NCBI RefSeq assembly: GCF_030651595.1 | Contig: NZ_JAUSCH010000057.1 | Location: 1 to 52,734, forward strand | Source of the DNA: Candidatus Oleimmundimicrobium sp. | Lineage (GTDB): Bacteria > Actinomycetota > Aquicultoria > UBA3085 > Oleimmundimicrobiaceae | Direction: 5' to 3' | Length of the DNA: 52,734 bases | Part shown: one piece after another, positions 28,982-38,284 of the stretch | Layout of the letters: each line of letters starts with the position of its first letter | Position numbering within the stretch: position 1 is the first letter of the stretch | The notes under the pieces: model-generated | What the model saw: the letters and a program-made list of their open reading frames with translations, nothing else | Database searches by the model: none | Told to the model about the DNA's origin: nothing | Translations under genes and position numbers: made by a program

Positions 28982-30046
28982 TTAAATGTACTTTTTTAAA
29001 ACAAACGGCGAAGTCATCGCCATCTGAAGAGCATAATATTCCGGAATAACCGACAAAATATCCCCATAGGAAAACGTCTCATTAGCGTCACTTACATCAA
29101 CAATCATGTGGTCCGCCGTCACCCGCAAAATCTTTCCGTTAAAACAAGGTTTTAGTGTCTCGCTTCCCACATCTTGCTTGCCAAGAGCAACCACCGCTTG
29201 TTTAAGCCAGCCCTGGGGATATTTCTTCTCCCTCACTTCAAGAATTTCCGCAAAGAGTACAAAAACATCTTGGTGAGTTCCTTTTATTGGTTTAAAAGAA
29301 GTTGGTTCTTGCCCTAAAAGTATGGCTTCTCCAATGCGTAGCTGATTTATCTCTTTGGGGAGTACCCCTGCCATCATAAGATTCCAAGTGCTTGAACTCC
29401 CTCCGGAAATAACTTCAATCTCAATTCCAAATTTTCTTTTTATCGATTTTGCCAGTTCAACCAAGAGCAAAAAATCATCACCAGCGAGGCCGGGACGAAC
29501 TCGTGTGCAATCAACAACTTCTCCCTGTGAATTGCTTTGATAACTATCTTGAGCAGGCAGAGAACAAATATTGGCGCCTATGCCAAGAAGCTTCACATGT
29601 TTTAAGCCTAAGATTTTATCTGCCGCTCCCAATAAATCCTCGGGGAGTATGCCTTCCCTTAAATCGCCCATCTCCACCATAAGAATGACTTTATACGTTT
29701 TCCCCAACTTTATTGCTTCATCGGACAAGTAAGCGGCCGCCTTGACATCTGAAATTAAGCAAGTTTCTGAATATTTCACCGTTTCTTTCGCTTCGTCACA
29801 CATAGGTTGCCTTAGCGCTATAAGATTATTAAAACCATTTTCGTATAGTTTTTTTATATTAGAAATTCGGGAATCGGCAATCCCGGAAACTCCACCATTT
29901 AACATGGCCCGAGCTACCTCAAGATTGCCTAAACATCCTTTTGTTACGCCAATTACATCTATTCCATTTTTTCGACATTGCTCAACAATTTTTCGCGAAT
30001 TATGCTCAATTTTCTTTAAGTCAATCGTCAAACGAGGATAAATCAA
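28982..30046 (-). CDS. Ornithine-racemase (Orr)-like PLP-dependent racemase
   Basis: YPRLTIDLKKIEHN, GVTK (PLP Lys), DSRI, EMGDLREG, SGGSS, RIGEAILLG and GKQD motifs. Confidence 0.8.
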   Translation of the reverse strand: MIYPRLTIDLKKIEHNSRKIVEQCRKNGIDVIGVTKGCLGNLEVARAMLNGGVSGIADSRISNIKKLYENGFNNLIALRQPMCDEAKETVKYSETCLISDVKAAAYLSDEAIKLGKTYKVILMVEMGDLREGILPEDLLGAADKILGLKHVKLLGIGANICSLPAQDSYQSNSQGEVVDCTRVRPGLAGDDFLLLVELAKSIKRKFGIEIEVISGGSSSTWNLMMAGVLPKEINQLRIGEAILLGQEPTSFKPIKGTHQDVFVLFAEILEVREKKYPQGWLKQAVVALGKQDVGSETLKPCFNGKILRVTADHMIVDVSDANETFSYGDILSVIPEYYALQMAMTSPFVLKKYI

Positions 30047-30108
30047 ATTTTATCACCTCAAGAAAGATAAAATAAATCGGAATTGATAACCAATTAATAT
30101 GATACAAA

Positions 30109-30148
30109 AAAAGAAATAAAAAAGGCAGAAAGTAAAATTCTTTCTGCC
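30109..30148 (-). terminator. Intrinsic terminator after rplM-rpsI
   Basis: IR GGCAGAAAG/CTTTCTGCC followed by a T-run on the minus strand. Confidence 0.75.
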
Positions 30149-30205
30149 CTGTCTCTTAACTTAATGTATCAATAAACCTACACACAAACGTAAAAAAAGA
30201 AAAAA

Positions 30206-30607
30206 TTATCGTTTTGAAAATTGTGGCCGCTTGCGAGCTTTTTTAAATCCGTATTTTTTACGCTCTTTAACTCGTGGGTCCCTAGTTAAAAGACCGAATT
30301 TTTTAAGATCTTTTCGGAAATCCTCATTTACTTTGAGAAGGGCCCGGGAAATTCCATGTCTTAGAGCTCCTGCTTGTCCTGAAATTCCTCCACCAATTAT
30401 ATTAGCTTTAACATCATATTTATTAACCGTGTCCGTGGCTTCAAAAGGCTTTTTAATTAAAACAATCGATGTTTCCCGCCCAAAATATTCCTCTATGCTT
30501 TTACCGTTTATAATAAAATTACCATTACCAGGCATCATTCTTACCCTAGCAACAGATTCTTTTCTACGTCCTGTTCCCATGTATACAACCGCTTTATTGG
30601 CTGTCAC
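30206..30607 (-). CDS. rpsI: 30S ribosomal protein S9
   Basis: [22 protein letters not shown] and QFSKR motifs. Confidence 0.98.
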   Translation of the reverse strand: MTANKAVVYMGTGRRKESVARVRMMPGNGNFIINGKSIEEYFGRETSIVLIKKPFEATDTVNKYDVKANIIGGGISGQAGALRHGISRALLKVNEDFRKDLKKFGLLTRDPRVKERKKYGFKKARKRPQFSKR

Positions 30608-31055
30608 TTACTTCTCCTTTCACATACTTCAACTTATATATCTTTGGATTTTGAGCTTGATGTTTATGATCCGATCCGGCATAAACTTTTAATTTTTTTA
30701 TCATAACCCGTCCCAATCTATTGTGAGGCAACATTCCCTTAACCGCTTTTTTAATCACAAAAGCAGGTTTTTTCTCTATAAGAACATCATAACTAATTAA
30801 TTTTATTCCACCAGGATAACCGGAGTGGCTAAAATGTTTCTTTTGCTCAAGCTTTTTGCCTGTTAATTTTACCTTCTCCGCATTAATCACTATTACATGA
30901 TCACCGGTATCCATGTGAGGAGTAAACATTGGTTTATGTTTTCCCCTAATTAACTGAGCAACCTCGCTGGCTAATCTGCCTAGAGGAACCCCTTCAGCAT
31001 CTACTACATGCCATGCTCTTTGTATATCACTCAGCTTGGCTGAATAAGTTTTCAT
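30594..31055 (-). CDS. rplM: 50S ribosomal protein L13
   Basis: [20 protein letters not shown] and GMLP motifs. Confidence 0.98.
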   Translation of the reverse strand: MKTYSAKLSDIQRAWHVVDAEGVPLGRLASEVAQLIRGKHKPMFTPHMDTGDHVIVINAEKVKLTGKKLEQKKHFSHSGYPGGIKLISYDVLIEKKPAFVIKKAVKGMLPHNRLGRVMIKKLKVYAGSDHKHQAQNPKIYKLKYVKGEVSDSQ

Positions 31056-31134
31056 CTTTCCTCCATAAAAACTAAAAATTGGTATGTGTTGTTAACATAC
31101 CAGTCACCAGACTAGTATCTGGCGAACTCTATGT

Positions 31135-31163
31135 ATATTAATGAAAAGGAGGTAGTAAGTCAA
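31135..31163 (-). promoter_or_regulatory. Sigma70-type promoter for rplM-rpsI
   Basis: TTGACT-N17-TAATAT; the -35 lies within an 11-bp IR at 31159-31186. Confidence 0.65.
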
Positions 31164-31199
31164 GGTTTTTGTGATAAAACCTTGACTTTGAAAAGAAGA

Positions 31200-31790
31200 C
31201 TATTTCCTTCATTTTCTTGCGTGCCCAAGAAAACGGAAGCAAAAGAAGGGCAGCCGATCATTTTTTAACGGCTCCAAAATAACGGTTGTTCAGGCGCCTG
31301 CAGAACTCGCCGGGCTAAACTATATCCTTCCCTTTGGCTTTTTGCAAAAAGTCAAAGCTTCCAACTACGTTGTAAATCGGATATAAGCCTAACTCAAACA
31401 GCTTCGGCTTATTCCCTGAACAACCTATTTTTACACCTAAAAATGATATGGCGTTTAAATAAAAAGGCGTACTCAGAGTCGCTCTAAGCAAGAGCCACGG
31501 GGTATTAAAACCCAAAAGAAAAAACCTTTTATACGTTCCTACTGGCAGGCACGGTGCCGCAGATATTCAAACTTCCTTTGCTATACGGCGTGCTCATATG
31601 CCTGCCCGCCTCTGGAGGGTCGCCTACAAACAACCCACCTGGGTTTTAAAAACTAAAAATAAAAGACAGCTTCGGCTTATTTCCCGAACAACCTATTCCT
31701 CCGCCAAAAAATGATATGGCGTTTTAAATTAGGTTAATGTACTCATACGCTTGCCAGTAAACGCAGTAGGCATGGCCGGGGAAACCAGGG
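31200..31790 (-). repeat. Mosaic of three structured repeat modules
   Basis: 31203-31454 is the reverse complement of ~36564-36833; ~31590-31660 matches the GCGACCCTCC module; ~31663-31745 matches ~18213-18294. Confidence 0.85.
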
Positions 31791-31804
31791 GTTTATAATA
31801 TAAA

Positions 31805-33013
31805 CTAACAAACAGGATATTTGCCCTCGATAAGCTCTTGGCAAAATTCACTAATTGTAGAGAGTTCATGGTCAACTACATCTTTGATATCACCTGAAAT
31901 AGATTCAAGAGATACGCCCTTTTTTAAAACAACCTGAACCGAAGCCACCTTGGGCCTGTCTATAGGGCTTCCAATTTGGCTGCAAAGCCAAACATATACT
32001 TCTCTTATTCCCTCAACTCGAGTGTAAATTTCGTTGGCAATCTTATGTGTGAGAAAATTATATATTTTCCCCACATGGCTCACCGGATTCTTTCCGGCTG
32101 CCGCTTCAGTGCCCATCGGTCTGTTTAAGGAAATTACCCCGTTTACTCGATTCCCTCTACCCACTTCCCCGGAATCGGCATCTTCAGCCGACGTGCCCAA
32201 AACGGAAAGATAGATCCCATTCATTCCTCTTCCCCGAGTATCCAAAGTATTTAGCTCAGCATTTATTCTTTCCATTACATCAAAATTTCTCAAGAAATTC
32301 CCAAGATCTTCGGCTATCTCATCCTTTTTTGAAAAATAGTCTTTTTCACTCTTTATAAACCTAGAAATAAGCGGCATCGCCACAGTTAAATTAAGCTCAT
32401 TTTCCACTCGATAACCCATTACCTTTACATCTTCACCAGTTTCAGGAAATCTTTCTTTAAAATCTGAAGAGTTTAAATAGTTCTCCGTTTTTAAAACAAT
32501 CGACTCAGTTTTGGTAAGAGGAGCGTAACCTACAGCAGCCGACGTATCATTAGCCGGCAAGAGTTTATCGCTTCTTAAAAAAATCCCCGATAATTCCTCG
32601 GAGCTGGGATGGAGTTCAGAAAAATACTGCAAATCCTTTTCGGAATCCACAAATCTTAAGTTATCTGCTATCCAATCTTTGGCTGCTCGAACTGCTATCT
32701 CTTCAACCGGTATCTTTATGCCCTTGGCTTCAAAGGTCGCCCTATCTCCAATATAAAGCTTCATCGGACTTTTTACCCGTCCACCGCCAAATTTTCTCTC
32801 TACCTGGCCCGCGACTAAAAGCCCCTTATCGATATTGTGATGAAGAATTCTGCCAAAATTTTTTTGATACTCCTTCGATAGAACCACCGATATTTTTTCC
32901 ATGACCGCGTCACAAATTGAATCAGGATGGCCCTTGCCCTTTCTCTCTACTATCTCAACTTGGTGCTCAAAAACAGGCAAGCCGCTTAAACCCTCAATCA
33001 CAATATTTCGCAT
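31805..33013 (-). CDS. mat: Archaeal-type methionine adenosyltransferase (SAM synthetase)
   Basis: EIVERKGKGHPDSICD, HHNIDK, ANDTS.AVGYAP, GEDVKVMG, D.G.VGRGNR.NG.I and GKNPVSHVGKIYN motifs. Confidence 0.9.
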   Translation of the reverse strand: MRNIVIEGLSGLPVFEHQVEIVERKGKGHPDSICDAVMEKISVVLSKEYQKNFGRILHHNIDKGLLVAGQVERKFGGGRVKSPMKLYIGDRATFEAKGIKIPVEEIAVRAAKDWIADNLRFVDSEKDLQYFSELHPSSEELSGIFLRSDKLLPANDTSAAVGYAPLTKTESIVLKTENYLNSSDFKERFPETGEDVKVMGYRVENELNLTVAMPLISRFIKSEKDYFSKKDEIAEDLGNFLRNFDVMERINAELNTLDTRGRGMNGIYLSVLGTSAEDADSGEVGRGNRVNGVISLNRPMGTEAAAGKNPVSHVGKIYNFLTHKIANEIYTRVEGIREVYVWLCSQIGSPIDRPKVASVQVVLKKGVSLESISGDIKDVVDHELSTISEFCQELIEGKYPVC

Positions 33014-33105
33014 CTTGTTCAGCTCCTATTTTAAGTTAAAGCATAACTTACCCTAGCCAAATGTAATAACAACAAAGTTTTTGATAAGTAAGGTTATAAA
33101 ATGCT

Positions 33106-33543
33106 TTAAGAAAAATCCTTTTCGGGAACCAGAACAATCGGGCAATGTGCCTTCCTGACCACTCTATCGGCCACGCTGCCTATAAAAAAACGGGCAAGAC
33201 CCGTCGTCCCATGTGTCCCCATAACAATTGCGTCAACTTTTTCTTCTTCTGCCAATTCAACTATTCTATCGCTTGGATCCCCGGATACCACCTTAAAATC
33301 CGCTTTAACGCCCTCGTCCAATATCTTTTTTTTGGCGGTTTTAGCAATTTCCATCATTTTATTTTTTAACTCACTCTCAAACCGACTTGCTATCGCTGGC
33401 TGAAATCCAGATAAAGTTGTAGGTGTTGGCGCAACACTTAGAACAATTATTTTAGCAGACGTTGCTTTAGCAATATTGACTGCGAACTCCCGTGCTCGTT
33501 CAGCTGTTTTTGAACCATCTGTTGGAAAAAGAATTTTTTCCAT
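33106..33543 (-). CDS. Universal stress protein (UspA family)
   Basis: ILFPTDGS, GDP...I, IVMGTHG..G....IGSVA..VVR.A.CP motifs. Confidence 0.92.
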   Translation of the reverse strand: MEKILFPTDGSKTAERAREFAVNIAKATSAKIIVLSVAPTPTTLSGFQPAIASRFESELKNKMMEIAKTAKKKILDEGVKADFKVVSGDPSDRIVELAEEEKVDAIVMGTHGTTGLARFFIGSVADRVVRKAHCPIVLVPEKDFS

Positions 33544-33702
33544 TTTTTAACTCCTTTCAATTATTTGTGTATTCGTAAGTATTATTCGATAACAATACAA
33601 ATTTTCCTACTTAATAATATTAAATGAAAAGCAAAAAATTGAGGAGTGAAGCAACAATTGTATCTGAATGAAGTAATTTATCGGCCAGACATTTAATCAG
33701 CA

Positions 33703-34506
33703 TCACAATCTTCCGATATAGATGGCCGACAGTAAAAATATAACTGTGGCCACTCCCGCTGCCCAATCCTTAGAGCGCATCATTAAAACTCGCAACCGAG
33801 TTCTTCCTTCTCCCCCGCGGTAACAACGGGATTCCATCGCCAAAGCCAGCTCATCCGCCCTCCTAAACACCCCGACAAAAAGCGGGATTAATAAAGAGAT
33901 GAGGTTTTTTGCCCTTCTAAAGAGATTCCCCGATTCAAAATCGGCTCCCCTTGAAATTTGGGCTTTCATTATTCTGTCTGTTTCCAAAAGCAATGTTGGA
34001 ATAAACCTTAAAGCAATCGTCATCATCATCGCAAGCTCATGAGCGGGAACTTTAATCTTTTTAAAAGGTGTCAAAAGATACTCTATCCCATCAGTTAGCT
34101 CAACCGGACTTGTCGTAAAAGTAAGAAGTGATGCCCCTACAACCAGCAAAATAAATCGAGCCGAAAGTAATATTCCATTTTTAAAACCTTCCTCCGTTAC
34201 AACAAAAGGTCCAAGACGAGCAATTGGTTCACCAACTGTGAAAAAAAAGTGAACAATAAGCGTAAACAAAATTATGTAAATAAGAGGTCTTAACCCTCTT
34301 AATATCCAAGAAAAAGGAATTCTTGCCACCGCGATAACCGTCAACATAAAAAGGGATAAGTATAAAAATCCCAAAAAATTATTCAAAATAAATAAGGTTA
34401 CTAAAATTGCCATCAACAACACAATTTTTAAGCGGGGGTCTGCTTCATGTATCAGCGACTCTCCGGGATAATATTGACCTATTGTTAACCTCGAAAATGT
34501 CTTCAA
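33703..34506 (-). CDS. ecfT: ECF transporter transmembrane component T
   Basis: DPRLK, ALRFIPTL, AQISRG, A.AMESRCY motifs. Confidence 0.95.
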   Translation of the reverse strand: MKTFSRLTIGQYYPGESLIHEADPRLKIVLLMAILVTLFILNNFLGFLYLSLFMLTVIAVARIPFSWILRGLRPLIYIILFTLIVHFFFTVGEPIARLGPFVVTEEGFKNGILLSARFILLVVGASLLTFTTSPVELTDGIEYLLTPFKKIKVPAHELAMMMTIALRFIPTLLLETDRIMKAQISRGADFESGNLFRRAKNLISLLIPLFVGVFRRADELALAMESRCYRGGEGRTRLRVLMMRSKDWAAGVATVIFLLSAIYIGRL

Positions 34507-35360
34507 GAAATTCTCCTTTTAAGAACAGAAACAATGGCATCTTTAACTTCGTTTAAGTTAAATAGGTCCGGGGGAACATCAAAATCACCTTCATTTAGCA
34601 TAAAAAGTAAAGAAGTAAACTGTGGAACATCAAGCCCAATCTTTAACAAATCATCTCTTTTGGAAAAAACTCTCTTCGGAGAATCATTAAATTCTATCTT
34701 ACCTTCATTTACAACAATTACACGGTCGGCCAGACGAGCTATTTCGTCCATGTTGTGAGAGATTAAAATGATAGTTAACTTTTCCTTTTTGTTCAACCGT
34801 TCAAGATGACTTAAAATTTCACGTGTTCCGACGGAATCAAGACCAGATGTTGGTTCATCTAAAATTAAACAAGACGGATTCATGGCCAAAACACCCGCTA
34901 TGGCCACCCGCCTCATCTCTCCGCCACTTAAAGTAAAAGGAGAGCGATCTTTGAATTTAAAATAATCGAGCCCAACCATCGCCAGCGCCTTTTGAACCTT
35001 CTCTTCAACTTCATCATCTGAATAGCCTAAATTTCGCGGGCCAAAAGCAACATCTTTAAAGACAGTTTCCTCAAAAAGCTGATTTTCAGGAAACTGAAAA
35101 ACTAATCCAATTTTCTGTCTTACCAAACGAGAATTTATTCCCTCGCCTATCTTTTTGCCATCTATTAAAACTTCGCCTTCCAGTGGCTCAAGTAATCCAT
35201 TTAAATGTTGAACAAGCGTAGATTTCCCAGAACCGGTCGGTCCAACTAGACCCACAAATTCTCCAGCTCTCACAGAAAACGTAACATTTTTAAGAGCTCT
35301 TTGTGCAAGAGGCGTATTTGACATATAAGTAAAGCTAACATTTCTCAGTTCAATGAGCAT
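34503..35360 (-). CDS. ecfA2: ECF transporter ATPase A2
   Basis: GPTGSGKST, VFQFPENQLF, SPFTLSGGEMRR and DEPT motifs. Confidence 0.93.
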   Translation of the reverse strand: MLIELRNVSFTYMSNTPLAQRALKNVTFSVRAGEFVGLVGPTGSGKSTLVQHLNGLLEPLEGEVLIDGKKIGEGINSRLVRQKIGLVFQFPENQLFEETVFKDVAFGPRNLGYSDDEVEEKVQKALAMVGLDYFKFKDRSPFTLSGGEMRRVAIAGVLAMNPSCLILDEPTSGLDSVGTREILSHLERLNKKEKLTIILISHNMDEIARLADRVIVVNEGKIEFNDSPKRVFSKRDDLLKIGLDVPQFTSLLFMLNEGDFDVPPDLFNLNEVKDAIVSVLKRRIS

Positions 35361-36169
35361 AAGTTACCAGCCAATTCCTTTATACTTAATGCTTCTTTTA
35401 AATTATATCCTTCATTTTTCAATTCACGACTCAAAAGAACTGCCGGAGGCGGTTCTATCCCGATTTCTTTTAATAGTTTAGTATCACCAAAAAAACTGCG
35501 CGGAGAGGCATCCGAAACAATGGCTCCACAATCCATAGCTACAACTCTATCAGCATAAATAACTTCATCAACAGAATGAGTTATCAATATAACCGTTACC
35601 TCTTGTTCGCTGTTTAATTTGCGAACAATCTCAATAACTTCTTTCTTCCCCTTTGGGTCCAACATCGAGGTGGGCTCATCTAAAACCAGATATTTTGGCT
35701 TCATTGCAAGTACCCCGGCAATAGCCACTCGCTGCTTCTGGCCCCCTGAAAGAAGATGTGGTTCAAAACGAGCATACTTGAGCATATGAACGCTTTTTAA
35801 AGCATTATCGACACGCTCACGAATCTCATTCCTCGGAATTCCCAGATTTTCCAGACCAAAGGCAACATCTTCTTCAACCACAGTAGCAACAATCTGATTG
35901 TCAGGATTTTGAAATATCATTCCCACCCGTTGTCTAACTTTCCAAAGATTTTCTTCAAGGTGCGTTTTTAACCCATCAACCTCAATAATTCCCTTTGTTG
36001 GGGTTAAAAGACCATTTAAATGTTTTGCTAAAGTTGATTTTCCTGAACCATTTCGACCAGCAAAAACAACAAATTCTCCATCATGGATGTTAAGGGAAAT
36101 GTCGTTGAGAGCTACTATCCCGCAGTCGGCTTGTTTGTAAATATGAGTTAAATTTGAAATTTTAATCAT
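35345..36169 (-). CDS. ecfA1: ECF transporter ATPase A1
   Basis: GRNGSGKST, FQNPDNQIV, LSGGQKQR and DEPT motifs. Confidence 0.93.
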   Translation of the reverse strand: MIKISNLTHIYKQADCGIVALNDISLNIHDGEFVVFAGRNGSGKSTLAKHLNGLLTPTKGIIEVDGLKTHLEENLWKVRQRVGMIFQNPDNQIVATVVEEDVAFGLENLGIPRNEIRERVDNALKSVHMLKYARFEPHLLSGGQKQRVAIAGVLAMKPKYLVLDEPTSMLDPKGKKEVIEIVRKLNSEQEVTVILITHSVDEVIYADRVVAMDCGAIVSDASPRSFFGDTKLLKEIGIEPPPAVLLSRELKNEGYNLKEALSIKELAGNLCSLN

Positions 36170-36370
36170 CGTATAACCTCAAAAGTAAATTCCCGCTCCG
36201 ATGTTATCGGGATGACTTTCTTATCCTCAACGCAAGCAGTGTTCTGCCCACTGCGAAAATCATTTTTTAGTTAAATCTTAAGCCAGTACCTGGAATATTA
36301 TATCATTAAAAGCAGCTATCAGCTGCCAATCGTTTTAAATGAAAAAATAAGAAATAAAAAAGAAAAACGA

Positions 36371-36391
36371 CCTGCCTGCCGGTAGGCACGG
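36371..36391 (+). mobile_element. 21-bp micro-insertion, copy 2
   Basis: CCTGCCTGCCGGTAGGCACGG, preceded by GA. Confidence 0.65.
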
Positions 36392-36469
36392 TATAGGAAA
36401 ATTAAAAGTATAAACTTTCATTGTTTTTAGTTTTTAACCCCCGTGGGCCAGGTGGACAGCGACCCTCCA

Positions 36470-36514
36470 CCTGCCCGCCAATGCCTAACGGCATAATAGG
36501 CGTAGGCAGGCGGG
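36470..36514 (+). mobile_element. 45-bp hairpin insertion within the repeat module
   Basis: Absent from the 18105 copy at CCCTCCA|AAGGCG; no target duplication. Confidence 0.65.
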
Positions 36515-36801
36515 AAGGCGGGCAGGCCCTCCTGCGGCGGGTAAACATATGAGCACGTTTTATACGCCATATCATTTTTAGGCGTAAAAATAGGTTGTTC
36601 AGGAAATAAGCCGAAGCTGTTTGAGCCAGGTTTATATCCGACTGACAAAGTAAGTTGGAAGTTTTGGCTTTTTAATGCCAAAGGGAAGGATATAGTTTAG
36701 CCTGGCGAGTTCTGTAGGCGCCTGAACAACCGTATATTTTGGAGCCGTTCAAAAAATGATCGGCCGTCTTTCTTTTGCTTCGTTTTCTTGGACGAGCAAG
36801 A

Positions 36802-36822
36802 CCTGCCTGCCGGTAGGCACGG
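36802..36822 (+). mobile_element. 21-bp micro-insertion, copy 3
   Basis: Filled GCAAGA|insert|AAATGAAGG versus empty site at 31214/31215 in the sister repeat. Confidence 0.75.
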
Positions 36823-36889
36823 AAATGAAGGAAGTAAAGTTTCGAAATAGGAGAATCGACTAAGTAAATTGGTAATTTATAGCACTAAC

Positions 36890-36920
36890 AAAAAAGCAAA
36901 AGCTATTAAGCTTTTGCTTT
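36890..36920 (-). terminator. Intrinsic terminator after rplQ
   Basis: IR AAAGCAAAAGCT/AGCTTTTGCTTT with a T-run on the minus strand. Confidence 0.7.
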
Positions 36921-36954
36921 AAAATAATATATTTTTACTAACTAATGGCCAATT

Positions 36955-37305
36955 TTAAACCAATTCAATTATAACCATTGATGCAGCGTCGCCTTGTCTT
37001 GGACCAAGCTTTAAAATTCGCGAATAACCACCGTTTCTTTCAGCAAAGCGAGGGGCAATTTCCGTAAAGAGTTTATCGGTCAGTCCTCTATCGTTCAACG
37101 TAGCAAGAACTTGCCTGCGAGAGTGCAAATCTCCTTTTTTGCTCAAAGTTATTACTTTATCCAACATGGTTCGCACTTCTTTTGCGCGAGCCTCGGTTGT
37201 TTTTATCCTCTCATGATTGATTATTTCCTTCGTCAATCCCACCATTAAGGCCTTCTGGTGGCTGGCATCAGTTGCCAGTTTCCTGCCTTTATTGCGATGC
37301 CGCAT
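36955..37305 (-). CDS. rplQ: 50S ribosomal protein L17
   Basis: [18 protein letters not shown] and GGYSRI motifs. Confidence 0.98.
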   Translation of the reverse strand: MRHRNKGRKLATDASHQKALMVGLTKEIINHERIKTTEARAKEVRTMLDKVITLSKKGDLHSRRQVLATLNDRGLTDKLFTEIAPRFAERNGGYSRILKLGPRQGDAASMVIIELV

Positions 37306-37315
37306 TTATCAATCA

Positions 37316-38248
37316 CTACTCCTTTTCCAAGCCAAGATCGAAAGATGCCAATTTTTCTTTTATCTCTTGAATTGATTTGGCACCAAAATTACGAATATTT
37401 ATCAGGTCATTTTCAGTACATTTTGACAATTGCTGCAATGTGCTGATGCCCTGCCTCTTTAAACAATTATAAGAACGAACCGATAAATCCAAGTCTTCTA
37501 TCGGCGCATCAAAAAAGCTTTCTACCACTTCTTCTTTATCTTCAAAAACCGTGCTCTCTGCCTTTTCGGGTGCGCGGTCTATAAATAAATCCATATGTTC
37601 CTTCATAATCTTTGCAGCTAAACTTACAATCTCATCTGCAGTTAAGCTACCATTTGTTTCTACTTCAAGCCGAAGTTTATCGTAATCGGTACGCTGTCCT
37701 ACTCTTGTATTTTCTACCGTATAAGCAACTCTTTTTACAGGAGAAAAGATTGAGTCTATAGGAATCACGCCGATAGGCATTGATGATTTTTTATTTCTTT
37801 CAGCTGTGACATAACCGCGACCCTTTTCGACCACCATTTCCACTTCAAGCTTAGCCCCTTTGTTTAATGTTGCCAGATATAAATCAGGATTAACTATCTC
37901 AATATCGCTAGGGCACTTAATATCTCCCGCTTTTACCTCTTTTGGCCCTTTTACGTTAAGTTTCATGGTTACAGGTTCTTCTGAATAAGACCTTACAACA
38001 ATTTCTTTTATGTTAAGAATTACATCTATAACATCGTCCCGTACTCCAGGGATAGTTGAAAATTCATGCGTAACACCTTCAAATCTTACTGATGTAACAG
38101 CGGCTCCCGGTAAAGAAGAGAGTAGAATCCGTCGCATAGAGTTACCCAAAGAATAACCAAAACCTCTTTCCAGAGGGTCTACAACAAAAATAGCATCAAA
38201 ATCATTCTTTGCTTCAACGCTAACACGCGGTTTTAGAAAATCTATCAT
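37316..38248 (-). CDS. rpoA: RNA polymerase alpha subunit
   Basis: PLERGFGYSLGNSMRRILLSS, EKGRGY and LSVRSYNCLK motifs. Confidence 0.98.
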   Translation of the reverse strand: MIDFLKPRVSVEAKNDFDAIFVVDPLERGFGYSLGNSMRRILLSSLPGAAVTSVRFEGVTHEFSTIPGVRDDVIDVILNIKEIVVRSYSEEPVTMKLNVKGPKEVKAGDIKCPSDIEIVNPDLYLATLNKGAKLEVEMVVEKGRGYVTAERNKKSSMPIGVIPIDSIFSPVKRVAYTVENTRVGQRTDYDKLRLEVETNGSLTADEIVSLAAKIMKEHMDLFIDRAPEKAESTVFEDKEEVVESFFDAPIEDLDLSVRSYNCLKRQGISTLQQLSKCTENDLINIRNFGAKSIQEIKEKLASFDLGLEKE

Positions 38249-38284
38249 ACAACAATGCCTCCTTATAGCACTTTTAGAAATCGA

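Larger units (their letters stand above)
36395..36835 (+). repeat. Longest copy of the structured repeat module
   Basis: Matches 18105-~18296 and the reverse complement of 31203-31454; internal IR GGTTGTTCAGG (36593-603) / CCTGAACAACC (36721-731). Confidence 0.85.

Noticed and set aside
36170-36300. Riboswitch upstream of ecfA1
   Set aside because: Two small hairpins (GCAGTG/CACTGC and CCGAT/ATCGG) but no TPP, FMN, cobalamin, SAM or preQ1 consensus; the second resembles the REP-like loops
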